The notes: generated by a model not told the origin, from the sequence alone. A stretch of 64,000 nucleotides of DNA from Isurus oxyrinchus (GCA_026770705.1 JANJGN010000039.1:8742001-8806000), one strand, 5' to 3'. Positions 12,909 to 24,759 are shown, counted from the stretch's first letter. Numbers and translations are program-made.

Positions 12909-13674
12909 AATTGATTGTGGAGACTGTCACTTAATTTACAGAATCAGGGGTCATTCAGATTCGTACATGATTTTGGACACAGTCACTCAGGTGACAGAGC
13001 CAGTCGCCTGTCACTATATTAAATGATTAGGAAGTCTGTCACCAAGGGTGCAGAGACGCTGTCAGTCATTATAGGAATGGATTTGGAATACTGTCACTCT
13101 GTTTCCAGAGACTGGGTTCATTCACGATAGCAATTGATTGGGGGTACTGTCATTCAAGTTAAAGAGGCAGAGCTCATTCACGAAAGCAATTGATTGAGGA
13201 GGCAGTCACTCAGGTTTCAGAACCAGGGACAGCCAACATGGGGACTGCTTGGGCATAATGTCACTCAGGCTACAGAATCGTGGCCACTCATGAAAAGCAA
13301 CCTATTGGTGAGACTGTCATTCAGGTTACAGAGCCGAGTCCAGACACGACTGAAATTGATTGGGGTGAAAGTCACTCAGGTGAAAGAGGAGGGAAACAGT
13401 CATGCATAGAAATTGATTGGGGGTCTGTCAGCTTACTGTACCACGGGCCTGTCAGTAGTTCATTAGTACAGATAACTGGGGAGATTGTCACTCAACATAC
13501 AGAGCCGGCGGCCTGTCAGCATAGTAATTGATTGAGGAGCCTGTCACTCAAGTTACAGAGCCGGGGCTCGATCATTATTGTAATTTAATGGGGAATATGT
13601 CATTCAGGTTACAGAGTCAGGGGCCTGTAAATATAGCAATTGATTGAGGATAATGCAACTCAAACTAAAAAGCC
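12909..13674 (-). repeat. 55/56-bp satellite, truncated inverted copy of the end of the 40590-48180 array
   Basis: Recurrent ctgtcactcaggttacagagcc / aattgattgggg units; mirrors 47425-48180. Confidence 0.9.
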
Positions 13675-13936
13675 AGATTTTGGGTACTCAGATGTTTCCT
13701 ATGTTGAAAACTCGGATTGTTGCCAACGTAGGAAATGAAGGATTATTTTCAATAGAATGAAAAACTGGATTTGTGTAGAAGGCCAGCAGAAATGTGCCGA
13801 ATGACCTGCCCCCGCAGCTATTCCCTATGCCCTTGTATAAAAGCGGAGTGTGGTGGTGGTGCCGGTGGTGCAGGAGTCCACAAAATGATTCAATCTGCAT
13901 TGTCAAAGTGTGAAAGCTCTAGAATAGCCGCCCCCT

Positions 13937-14085
13937 TCATGCCAGCAGCTTCCTGAATTCCTGTTCTAGGCGCATCCAGATATTGTCCAGGTCTGTTCCC
14001 TCCCCCCTTGCACCCATTCAGACCGGTGACCGTACATCCGCTGCCAAGGGTTTATTCCTGCACTGACCTCGCCATCACCATAAGT
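13937..14085 (-). pseudogene. Candidate last coding exon of a small secreted-protein (pseudo)gene
   Basis: Acceptor tgctttattctccctttgtttaaacgatttctag|ACTTATGG. Phase-0 frame: TYGDGEV...TISGCA* (TAG 13968-13966). Phase-1 frame: NLW*WRGQCRNKPLAADVRSPV*MGARGEGTDLDNIWMRLEQEFRKLLA* (TGA 13939-13937). Confidence 0.45.
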
Positions 14086-14299
14086 CTAGAAATCGTTTAA
14101 ACAAAGGGAGAATAAAGCAACCACACCAAGATGAGGCTGTGATCAATGCAAATAATTTTATTGCTGATTATAGATCATTATTGCACTAAGAAAAAGACAG
14201 GTTCGGAAATGTGGTGGGGCCTGTTGTGCACACCCAATTACAAGGCTCGTGCTTATTCTGGGATGCCGATTGCAGTTGGGTGTTGGGGAGCACACTCAC

Positions 14300-14418
14300 T
14301 GGAGATTCATCCCAGACCCGGATAGCAGCAATCAGAACCGTTATCACAGAAATCTTCTTCAAGCAAATAACCCGGTGGGCCATTCCATCGGCATCCTCAC
14401 ATTTACTCGTGGAGGAAT
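14300..14418 (-). pseudogene. Candidate middle exon (119 nt), Cys-rich
   Basis: Acceptor ctctttgtttaaaattacag|ATTCC and consensus donor CCA|GTGAGT. Reads DSSTSKCEDADGMAHRVICL...; a shifted frame gives EEDFCDNGSDCCYPGLG*IS. Confidence 0.55.
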
Positions 14419-14599
14419 CTGTAATTTTAAACAAAGAGTTTAAAATTGGACAATCAGCCTGAGGGGCAGAGAGGAGAGTGAAGAGCAGTGGGAGATTGGT
14501 TTTCCTTTTTATGTTCACCGTGGCGATGTACGAAATGCAGCAGCCAGTGTTTACACAGCAATACATGGAAACATCAAGAGAACTGATAGCTCAGGTTGT

Positions 14600-14830
14600 T
14601 TTTCAGGATCGGACATTGGGTCATGTCAGTACTTGCAGGGGGGAGACGTGACCAAAAGCTCGATATAGAAAATATTTTAGTCACATCATAAAGGGGGAGA
14701 GAGGGTCAGAGAGATTTAGGGATGGAATTCCAGGGTTCAGGTTCCAGGAAGCTGAAGGCCGAAGAAAGGAAGGGTTGAAAGCAGAGATGTGTAAGAGAGA
14801 CGGGAACCACTGCAGTGCAGAGATGACTGA
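14600..14830 (-). mobile_element. L2 LINE 3' fragment
   Basis: Reverse complement gives gccttcagcttcctggaacctgaaccctggaattccatccctaaatctctc...gagcttttggtcac, resembling the shark-type L2 AFS...P..WNSLP end and 3' UTR. Confidence 0.7.
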
Positions 14831-16010
14831 GGTTGTCGGGACCTGGAATAGGTTACGGTGATTGAGGGCTGTAGGAACCTGCGGACTTGGCGAGGGTTCC
14901 AGTTGATGGGAGAAGTTATGAAGACAGAGAGGATTGTAGAAAATTGCAGGTGTTATGGAGATGTAGAGGATTGTAGAAGATGGGAAATGTTGCGTAGATG
15001 GAGATTGCTACTCGAACTGGTGGAATTCACATAATTTGGCAGAGTTGTAGGGCCTGGAGAAGTTCAGGAAGACAGAGACTTTTATATAAACTGGCAATGT
15101 TTACAGGGATAGGGAGGGGGTGACAGGGAGTGGATGAGGCTGCAGAGAAAGGGACAGGTTTGTAGAGGCCGGATTTTCTTTTCACAGAAATAGGCAGAGT
15201 TGTGAAGAATGCGGGTTGCTACGGAGATATGGAAGTCTAGGGGCCACAGGAGGCACGGAGAATGTCATGGCTGTTGGTGTTGAGGGAGGTAATGGCGACT
15301 GTGAGGCTTGTAGGACTGGAGTTGTTCACACAGTTTGCGAGAGTTGGGGGATTGAAGCTGCTTTGTAACAGTTGGTAATGTTAATGACATGGATGCTTTT
15401 GTTGGGTGGAGAAGGTGATAAAGATGGGGGTGGTGGCAGGGCTGGGGTAGGTTACGGACATTCAAGGAATCGGCAGTGCTGGAGTCTTTTAAAGAGACAG
15501 GCAAGGTTGCGAGGGCTGTGGGAATTTAAAGAGTTAAAGAGGGTTGATGAGATTGTGGAGATTGCAGACAAAATAGTTGTCCAATGGGTTGGATGTGCTG
15601 ATATAGATAGGCATTGCAGCATGTTCTAGTGGACTTTACAGAGGTAGAGAGGTTTGCAATGGCTGTTAATAGCTTACAGAGGTAGTGAGGGTTGTCAATG
15701 CTGGAGGAGGTTATGGAGATAGGGAATGTTGACGGGGCTGGAGGAGGTTATGGAGATAGGGAGGGTTCTCACGGCTGGAGGAGTTTACGTGTATCGAGAA
15801 GTTTTGACCGCTGCGAGAACTCATAGGCACACAGAGCCTTGTAGGGGCTGGTGGTATTTCCTTGATGGGCAGTTATGAAGCGGCTGCATGATGTTATGGA
15901 GAGAAAGGCTATTGTAGGGGCTGGAGATTTTCATAGGGACAGGAAAGGTTTTGGAGGAAGGAAGAGGTTGCAGAGGTCTGCACTCTCGAGGGATGTAGAG
16001 GGATTTGGCT
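14830..16010. repeat. Degenerate 37-bp purine-rich tandem repeat derived from L2 ORF2
   Basis: ctggagga(g) at 15701, 15738 and 15775 (period 37). Approximate consensus ctggaggaggttacggagatagggagggttgtagggg. Confidence 0.8.
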
Positions 16011-16222
16011 GCAAGAATGGGAATGACAATAAGGCTGGTTTAATTCCCGCTCCAACATTCTCCCTTTGTTTTCCTTGAGCACTGATTGGAAGGGAAAGGG
16101 ACTGAAAGAGCTCCTCAAACCTCTCCTCTCACCCTGCACCCTAACAACCACACAGAGAATCAAAGAGTTAGAAATGGACATTGTTCCAAATAGCTGCTGG
16201 GGACAGGGAGGTCGCTATTCAC

Positions 16223-16328
16223 CCACGACCTGGAAATCCTGAGCAATCAGCAGGTGACCAAGAAGCAGGATCAGAGTCTTCATCATCTTGAACAGAACCC
16301 TTCCGCGTCAGGATCAGTGAACTGGACA
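16223..16328 (-). pseudogene. Candidate signal-peptide (leader) exon
   Basis: Acceptor ctctctgttgttccacacacaatctctag|. ATG at 16286 with A at -3. Encodes MMKTLILLLGHLLIAQDFQVV (basic n-region, hydrophobic h-region). Phase-1 donor G|GTGAAT. Confidence 0.55.
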
Positions 16329-16714
16329 CTAGAGATTGTGTGTGGAACAACAGAGAGCGCTTGTGAGAATTTAACATTCCAAACAAGAGGAGAGGCTCCT
16401 GCTGAGGCAAATAGCTTCTGTCAAACTGAGACATGATTGGCAGTTTGGCTCAGGGTTCAAGACAATGGGTGTGGATAACCCCGGGTTTTATCAGGAGTGA
16501 CCTCAACTCTTGTTAATCCAGAAGAAATCTCATCTTTTGAAACACGGTTTCCAGTGGGGTGACAACAGAATCTACCGCAGTTAAATATCTGGGCAATAAA
16601 AAATAAGCAGGGCCGAAACTGTACCTGAACTTTGGTCTGCATTTGAAGAGGAGCAAATTCGGGCAAGCGAGCGAGACGAGTGTGGACGGGGACCCCATAA
16701 TGAACCAAGTCAGA

Positions 16715-17230
16715 GTCCCAACGCTGAACCTAGAACAATCCTGGACACAATCCGCACACTGAAGACAATCTACACCTGGAACCCTGAAACTCGGCTGACC
16801 GAATCCTCAGACTGAAAACCGTCCAGAGTCTGAACACAGAATAACTTTTGACACATATACCACGTTGAATACAGTCTCCACTCTGAACACCTCGATCATA
16901 CTCCGCATCCTGAACACAGTCCCCACACGGAATCTATAACAACCCAGGATACAATCCCCACAAAAACAGAAAGACACACTGGACACACTGGCCACGCTGA
17001 GGAGGGTCCACACTCTGAACACAGAATCACCTCTGAGACAATCCCCACACTGAATACATTCCCCACAGTGAACACAGTCTACACACTGATCACAATTCCA
17101 CTCTGATCACAGGCACTATTCTGAATCAGATTCAAAATTTGAACACAGAGCGACGCTGGAACAAATATTCGCAGTGAACACAGTCCCCATTCTGAATAAT
17201 ATCGCCTGTCTGAAAAAAGTGTCCATGCTC
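16715..17230. repeat. 18-bp satellite block 1 (ctgaacacagaccccaca-like)
   Basis: ctgaacacag recurs every ~18 bp. Confidence 0.85.
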
Positions 17231-17399
17231 AACATTACAGCACACGTCTCAAAGTCCACATTCTGTCCAATTATCACAATCAATGAGGGATGGAGAGTGT
17301 GGTGTTCCCAGGCAGATGATTGTTAGACGAGATCTCCATATGAAACATATTATTGTGCGCGTTTTGTTTCTAATTTTACACAGGCCATGATTTAACAAT

Positions 17400-18270
17400 G
17401 TTTAGATTATTAAAAAGAATTTCAAAGGTAGTGAACAATGAGGAAGGTAATATCATAGTATCTGTCGGTGCAAACTCGATGGGCTGAAGGGCCTCTCCTG
17501 CAATGTGCGATTCTGTGATTCTGTGACTTTACGAGGGTATAAGCAGACTATTGAAATGTGCAGGTGTGTAGAGACCCATTTTTCATAGAACAATGAGTAG
17601 TGATTATATAAAACTAATGGTAAAATCCAAAGTTGTTGCAGGAGCAGAGAAATCTGGAAGTGTCGGACGCAAATCACTGAAGGTGGCAGCACCACTGGAG
17701 AAGGTATTAGAAAGAAGTGGATCCATTGCCTTTACAAATAGAAGACTAGAACACAAAAAGCAAGGAAACTGTAACTGAACTGTTTATAACACACCGGTTA
17801 GACCCAAGATGTTGTTCATTGTCCAATTCTGAATCCACTCTTTAGGAAGGGTGTCAAGGCCATGGAGAGCATGCGGAGTTTTTTTTTTAAATTTGATTCA
17901 AGGAATGAGGCTCTCCAACTCATGTGAAGAGAATGGAGAAGGTGGGTTGTTCTCCATTGAACAGAGGAGACTAATTACATTTTGATTAGAGGCGTTTAAC
18001 ATCAGGAAATATTTTGATAGATTCAATCAGGAGAAACTCTTTCCTGGGACAGGATGGTCAGGAAAAATAAACACACAAGCTTAACCTGCTTGGCAGAAGA
18101 AAATCGTGGGATGCAAGGAAACATTTCATGACAAAGCCAGTTGTGCTGATCTGCTTAAATGCTTCAAATTAAGCAGTGAAATGGAGCAAGAGAATGGGAA
18201 TTGTGTCTAATTAAATGCAATTACAAAATATCTACCAGAAGCACGATGGGTTGAAAGGCTTTTTTTTTAT
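17400..18270 (+). mobile_element. Old CR1 3' remnant containing a ~70-bp younger CR1 tail insertion (17460-17527)
   Basis: tttaggaagggtgtcaaggccatggagagc (RKDV.ALE), 3' UTR gcacgatgggttgaaaggc, and nested gatgggctgaagggcct...gattctgtgattctgtga. Confidence 0.7.
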
Positions 18271-18769
18271 TTCATATGCCTGACGCTGTAACTAAAAAGG
18301 ATCAATCAAATGTGGTTTGAAACATAAACTTTACATACATAGTAAAACGTCACCGTATCCACAGAATATATTTGCATAAAGAGTGAGGGCGCTCAGGTGC
18401 AATGGAGGATCCTGTTTCCCTGAAATGCTAACCATCAGGATAGTGTGTGGAAACAAACTGACAGACAGGATCTTGGTTCACTGCGGTTAAAGTCACTGAA
18501 TGTTCCACAGTTGGACGCGGCAATCTCGGTCAAAATGGTTGTGAGCAGATAACATAGTGAAATATGCCGTGTCAGTAATGAAGGATGCCGGGGCAGAGAA
18601 ACACGGAGATACACAGTGACGGGGTTGTGGGAAATATTGAAAACATTCTCTAGAATTTTATTCCAACCATCCCTGTAATTTCGAGACTTTCATAACCTGC
18701 ATCCTGCTGAATGCCTGATAAAGCCCAGCAATGTCCAGATCGATAAACAAGCAAAGAAACAACGGGAAG

Positions 18770-21090
18770 AAACAAAACACAGGAAACACTCTGAACAAAA
18801 CAGCAACCGGAACACAAACCACATTCTAAGCGAAGACCAAACTCTGAACACATATCCCCACATGAAAAGAGAACCCGATCAAAACACAGATCCTCGTCTA
18901 CACTAATAGCATAGTTTGAACAGAAACCGCACTTTAAACAAATACCACACTCTGAACACATACCACAGCCTGAAAGCAGACAAGACCCTAAACACATCCT
19001 TTATTCTAATCAAATACCAGAGACTGAACATAGTCCCCACTCTGAAAACAAACACCAGTGTAAACTCACACCCAAGACTGACCAAATACCACAATCAGGA
19101 GACATCCCAGATTCGGAACGCAGGAACTAATCTGGGCACTGTCCTCTCATCTAATCACGGGCCCCTGTCTAAACACAAACCCGTTCTCTGAGCATATCCG
19201 ACTCCCTAATCACACATTTTACACTCAGCATAGCCCCGTCTCTAAACACAGATACCACTCTGAGCATGTTCCCCACTCTGAACAAACAATCCACACTGAA
19301 CAGGGATACCCATCTGAACACAGGGCCCACACTGAGGACGATCCCTGCTCTGAACATACACTCCACTCTGAAAAGAGACAGCTCCCTGAACGCAGAGTCT
19401 CATTGGAGCACATGCGCCACTCTGAACACGAACCCATACATAAAATGGACGCCTCTCTGAAAACAGGCAGCGCACTGAATTGTTTTGTTAGTGAATGTGT
19501 GCAGAGTGTTGTCTGTATTCAGCTTTACATTTTCAGAATGGGGCCTCTTTTTTGAATGGGAACTTTATAAGATGCAGTTATGCGTTCATTGGCTGTTTAG
19601 TGTCCAAGGTGCTGTTTGTGTTCAGGATAGGGATATTTGGCAAATTAGACGCCATGAACACAGACTAACAAAAACAGTGACCCTGCTCTGAAAGCGGACA
19701 ATGCACTAATCATACAGCTCTCTCTGAATACTGATCTCACTATGACCAAAAAACGACTCTGATCACAGTTCCGGTAATGATAAAATCTCTTCACGCTGAA
19801 AGAAAAAGCCACACTGAACACTATTCAGATAATGTTCATAGTTCCTTATCTTTAGAAAAAGGAATCACAGCAAGCGGTCCCATTCTGAACATATAGAAAT
19901 GAAAACATTTGCAAATATCACTTTCAGTAATGAGACCTGTTTGAAAAGACACATCAGAACAAAATCCACTCTAAGCACAGAACTCACTCTGTACTCAGAT
20001 CTCACACTGAACACAGTCTACACTTCGGACACGGGTCCCAATGTGAACACAGGGCTCTCTGTGAACACAAACCTCTTTCTAAATGCTCACTTCAATCTGA
20101 ATACAGAATCCACATTGACCCCAGGATCCAAACTGAACCCAGGCCCCACACTAAACACAGAATCCATTGTTAACACTGATCACACTGAGAACAGAAGCCT
20201 CTCTCTGAAACCACATGCCTGTCTAAACACAGACCCCAAGCTTTACACAGAATCCACACTGAACATAGGCCTGGCACGGAACACAGATCCCAATGAGACC
20301 ACAGACCCCTCACAGAAAACACATTCCACTGTGAACACAGTCCTCTTTCTAAACACACACACCTCACTTACAACAAACCCCACACTGAGCATAATATCCT
20401 CACTGATCAAGGTCCAAACAATGTAGTCAGGCCCCCAGTGAACACAGCTTCCAGTGTGAACAGAGACCTATCTCGGAACACTCACGGCTCTCTGTACACA
20501 TACCCGATTCTGAGCACAGAATACAAACTGAACACAGGCCGCACGATAAACATAGTGTCCTTCTTGATCCCAGAGCCCACACTCAACAATGAACTCTGAG
20601 CCCAGAATGAACAGAGAGGCAGTACTGAACACAGAATAAAACTGAACACAAACCCTACTGAATACACCGATTCATGTATGACCAGAGACCACAGCCTGAA
20701 AACACAATCTTCTCCATATGGAGACCACAGTCTGAGGGGAGAATGCACACGAATCCCTGACCCCAGAATCAACTCAAAGCCATCGCTGAACAGAGCGCCC
20801 ACCATGAAGACATTTCCCCCAAAGCGCGCAGTCAGAACAGAACGCACGCTGTACACTGTTACTCACTGCTCAAAAGGCACACATTGCACATAGAGTTCAC
20901 GCTGGACACAAAGGCCACACTGAACACAAAAGCCACACTGAACCCAGTCCATACTCTGAAAACGGATCCCACTTTGCTCACAGGCCTCACTCTAAATACA
21001 ATCCACAAACGTGAACACCGTCCGAACATGGACAAACTGTAACATGAACACAGTGCCCATTCTGAACAAAATCCCCAGACTGAACAAAGA
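18770..21090. repeat. 18-bp satellite block 2
   Basis: Degenerate ctgaacacag units; source of the LNT-rich and CSE/VFR-rich pseudo-ORFs. Confidence 0.9.
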
Positions 21091-21299
21091 GAGTCCAAGC
21101 TGATTAATGCTCCTCACGTCTCACAGTCCAGATTCTGAACATTTGTCACTTTCTATTGGGGGTGTATCGAGCGATGTTCACCTACATTTCATTTTGAGAC
21201 CACATCTCTAAATCATATTTGTTACTGACATGGATTATTACTATTATTGTTTTTTATACAAGCCTTGACATAAGAATTGTAAGATTATTAAAAAAACTA

Positions 21300-22090
21300 T
21301 GAAATGAAGTTAACAATGAGGACGATAGTCACATACATTATGAGGAGATAAACGGACTGGTGAAAAGGGCAAGTGTGAAGAGAGAGATTTTCCACTAAGT
21401 ATGAGCAGAGGCAATATAATACTTATGGAAAAAATACAAATTAATCACAGGAGCAGAGAGATCTGGGGGTTTCGGACACAAATTATTCAATCTGGCAGCA
21501 GAAGTGGAGGAAGAATTGGAAAGCACATGGAATCGTTGCCTTTATAAATAGAGGATATGAATACAAAAACAAGGAAACTGTAACTGAACTCTTTATAACA
21601 CACTGGTTAGGACCCAGATGAGTTCTGTGACCCAATCAGAATCCAAAATTTACGAAGGGTGTCAAGGCCTTGGAGAGGGTGCCAAGTTTATTTTCTGATT
21701 TGATTCCAGGAATGAGGGTATTTAACTCATGTGGAGAGACTGGAGAAGGTGGTTTGTTCACCTTTGAACAGGGAGGTTAAGTAAAATTAGATTATAGGCG
21801 TTCAACTGCAGGGTGTTGTTTGATTGAGTCAATGAGGAGAAGCTTTTTCCTGAGATGGGATGGTCAGGCAGAAAATAGACACAGACTGAAGCTCTTTGGC
21901 AAAATAACAAGAACAAAATTCAAGGAAGCATTTAATGACAGAGCCAGTTATGCTCATCATGGTAACTGCTTCTATTTAAGACTTTAACAGGGATATTAAG
22001 CAAGAGAAGGGGAAGTGGGACTAATAAAATAGCTTTAAAAATGATCTAGCAGAAACACGATGGGATGAATATCTGCTGCTTTTTTTTATA
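21300..22090 (+). mobile_element. Old CR1 3' remnant (duplicate of 17400-18270)
   Basis: aaggaaactgtaactgaact...acactggttag and gaagggtgtcaaggccttggagagggtgc, shared with 17760-17880. Confidence 0.7.
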
Positions 22091-22569
22091 TTTTATGTGC
22101 CTGACGCCTTAACCGAAAAGTTTTCATCAGTTATGCGGTTAAATCTAAACTTTACATGCATAGCAAACAAGGTGTCTTACCAACAGAATATATTTACATA
22201 AATACTGTGATCGCTCAGGGGCAATGGAGGAACCTATTTCCCTGAGACACTAACCATCAGGATATTGTGTGGAAACAAACTGAGAGGCGGGAACTTGGTT
22301 CACTGTGTGTAAAGTCGCTCAATATTCCCCACTGGGACAGAAAATTTTCGGTGTAAATGGCTGTGAGCAGATAACACCGTGAAATATTCCGTGTCAGTAA
22401 TGACGGATGACGGGGCAGAGAAGCTCGGAGAGACAGAGTGAGGGGATTTGGGAAACATTTTGAAACATTCTCTGGAACATTTATCCCAAACATCTGCTGA
22501 ATTGCTAGACACTCATAATCTGCACCCTACTGAATGATTGGAAATGCAAGGCAAGGCATGGATCGACAA

Positions 22570-24260
22570 ACAAGGACAGAAACTGACTACAGAAAGATAC
22601 AGAATACAGATCCGAGCCTGAAAAAGGACCGCAGTTTAAACACAAATATCAAATTAAGCAAAGACAACACTCTGAACCCATACACCACCCTGAAAACAGA
22701 GACCAATCTAAACACAGATCCTCCTCTAAATTAACAGCACCGTTTGAACAGAAACCACAGCTTTAAAAAGACCACACTCTGAGCCCATATAAAACCCTAA
22801 AAACAACCCAATCTAAACACAGATCCAAGTCTTTACTAACATTACAGTTTGAACACAAAGCCCACTTTAAACAAAGACCATAATCTGAACCGATATCACT
22901 CCCTGAAAAAAACCCTCGACATAAACACAGATTCTAGCCGCAACAAATATCACAAACTGAACACAGAATTAACTCTGAAAGCACACCTCAGTATAAACAC
23001 CCATCCGTGAGCGACCAAACACCACATTCTGAAGGCAGCCCCTATTCTGAATGCAGAAACCGCTCTGATCACAGGGCCTCATCTAAACAATGGCCCCACT
23101 CTGAACACAAACCACTCTTTGAGTAAATTCGTCTCTCTGATAACACAGGTCACATTAAACATCGACCACTCTCCAAACACAGAACTCACTCTGATCATGA
23201 TCGCTGCTCTGAACACACACTGAATACTCTGAACCTAGGCACCTCTAATCACAGAGCCGAGTCTGAACACGATCCCTGCTCTGAACATACGCCCAACATT
23301 GAACAGAGACATTTCTCCAAGTGCAGACCCTACTCTGAACACGACCACTGGTCTGAACAAAAACCCCACATTGAACATATATGTCTCCCTGAACACAGAG
23401 CACTATGAACACCGCCCCGTGTTGTAACACAGATGCGTCTCTGAATACTGACCACACTCTAGATGTAGTATTTATGAATGTGTGCATAGTGGTGTCTATC
23501 TGTAGCGTTCTAAAGTTTAGGATGGGGTCTTTGTTTTGAATGGGATCGTTAAAGATGCGGGTTAGTGTTCATTGACTGGTTAATGTCCAATGTGTCTTCT
23601 GTGTTCAAATTGCAGGCTTGTTCAGAAATTAGGCGCCTTTAACATGGACCCACACATAACATTGACTCCTCTCTGAACGCAGACTGCTCACTGAACACAG
23701 ACCCCTCTCTGACTGCAGATCTCACTATGAACACAAAAACTACTCTGAGGTCAGTGCGCTGTGGGGGATAAGTCCTCACACTGAATTCAGAAAGCACGTT
23801 GGAGACAGTTGAGACAATGAATACAGATCCAAACCTTTATTTAAAGGCACAGCAAAGGCCCTGTTGTAAAAGGAGAACCCTGAATGCAGACAACTCTCTG
23901 AAAACATTGATAAACACGACATTCAGCATTGAGCCCTGTTAGATAAAAAATATCACAACAAGCCCCCTCTGAGCACAGATTTCTCTCTGTAATCTGCCCT
24001 CACACTGATCTCGGTCGACACTATGAACACTGGCCCCATGATGAACACTGGCCTCTCTGTGAATACACACCCTCCCTAAATGCTTACCTAAATGCTAAAC
24101 AGAGAATCCATTCCGAACACACACTCCACAATGAAAACAGACCTCACTCTATTCACATAACCGAATGTGAACACAGGTCTCTCTGAATAAATACAGACAC
24201 ACTCCCCTCTCCAAATGCAAAGTCTAATCTGAAGAAAGAATGTGTTCCAGAAACAGAAAC
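22570..24260. repeat. 18-bp satellite block 3
   Basis: Degenerate ctgaacacag/ctaaacacag units, collinear with block 2. Confidence 0.85.
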
Positions 24261-24759
24261 TTCAAATCAGGGGCAATAGTGACATCTGTTTCCCTGAAAT
24301 CCCAAATGCCGCAATATTGTGTGGAAACAAACTGAGAGACAGGAGCTTGTTTCGCTGAGGGTAAAGCTGCTGGACATTCCATACTGGAAATGAATAATCT
24401 CGGAGATCATGGGTATGTGGCGATCACATCCTGAAATGTTTAGTTTCAGCACTGTTGGGTGCCCTTAAGAGTTCTCTGCATTGAGGCATTGAAGGTACAG
24501 AATGAGGGCTTTTGGAATAATTCTTAAACATCTGCCTTATTCCCAATCATTTCTTTAATCCTTACAGGTTTATGTGAACCACATGCAGCTGAAAAGACTG
24601 TTAATAGACGACATGGTGTCGATGGCTAACACGGCCTGAAATTGAAAGCCGAGTCTGAACACATTTCGGTCCAAAGATTCGGGAGATTCAATACAACATC
24701 AATGGCACAGTTCAAAATGGGGCACAGAGGCAGAGGCATCCGCTACAGCGCTTTACATT

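Larger units (their letters stand above)
1..13674 (+). repeat. Left arm of large inverted segmental duplication
   Basis: Position 1 (caatgcacagctcagg) is the reverse complement of sequence ending at 60072. ORF pairs mirror each other: 2494..2946+ / 57128..57580-, 4411..4731+ / 55336..55656-, 13194..13409+ / 47682..47897-. Homology ends at ...caaactaaaaagcc (13674), which pairs with 47425. Confidence 0.97.

Noticed and set aside
13836-13845. TATA box gtataaaagc on the + strand
   Set aside because: Isolated motif with no supported downstream plus-strand gene.
14300-14370. LDL-receptor class A-like CD...DC....WDE reading
   Set aside because: Needs two compensating frameshifts and lacks the final Cys; less parsimonious, though not excluded.
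14186-14566. TCR alpha/delta transmembrane-like RVICLK...IRVW
   Set aside because: Only an R-x4-K and RVW resemblance, with wrong spacing and no Ig constant exon. Better explained by the 119-nt exon model.
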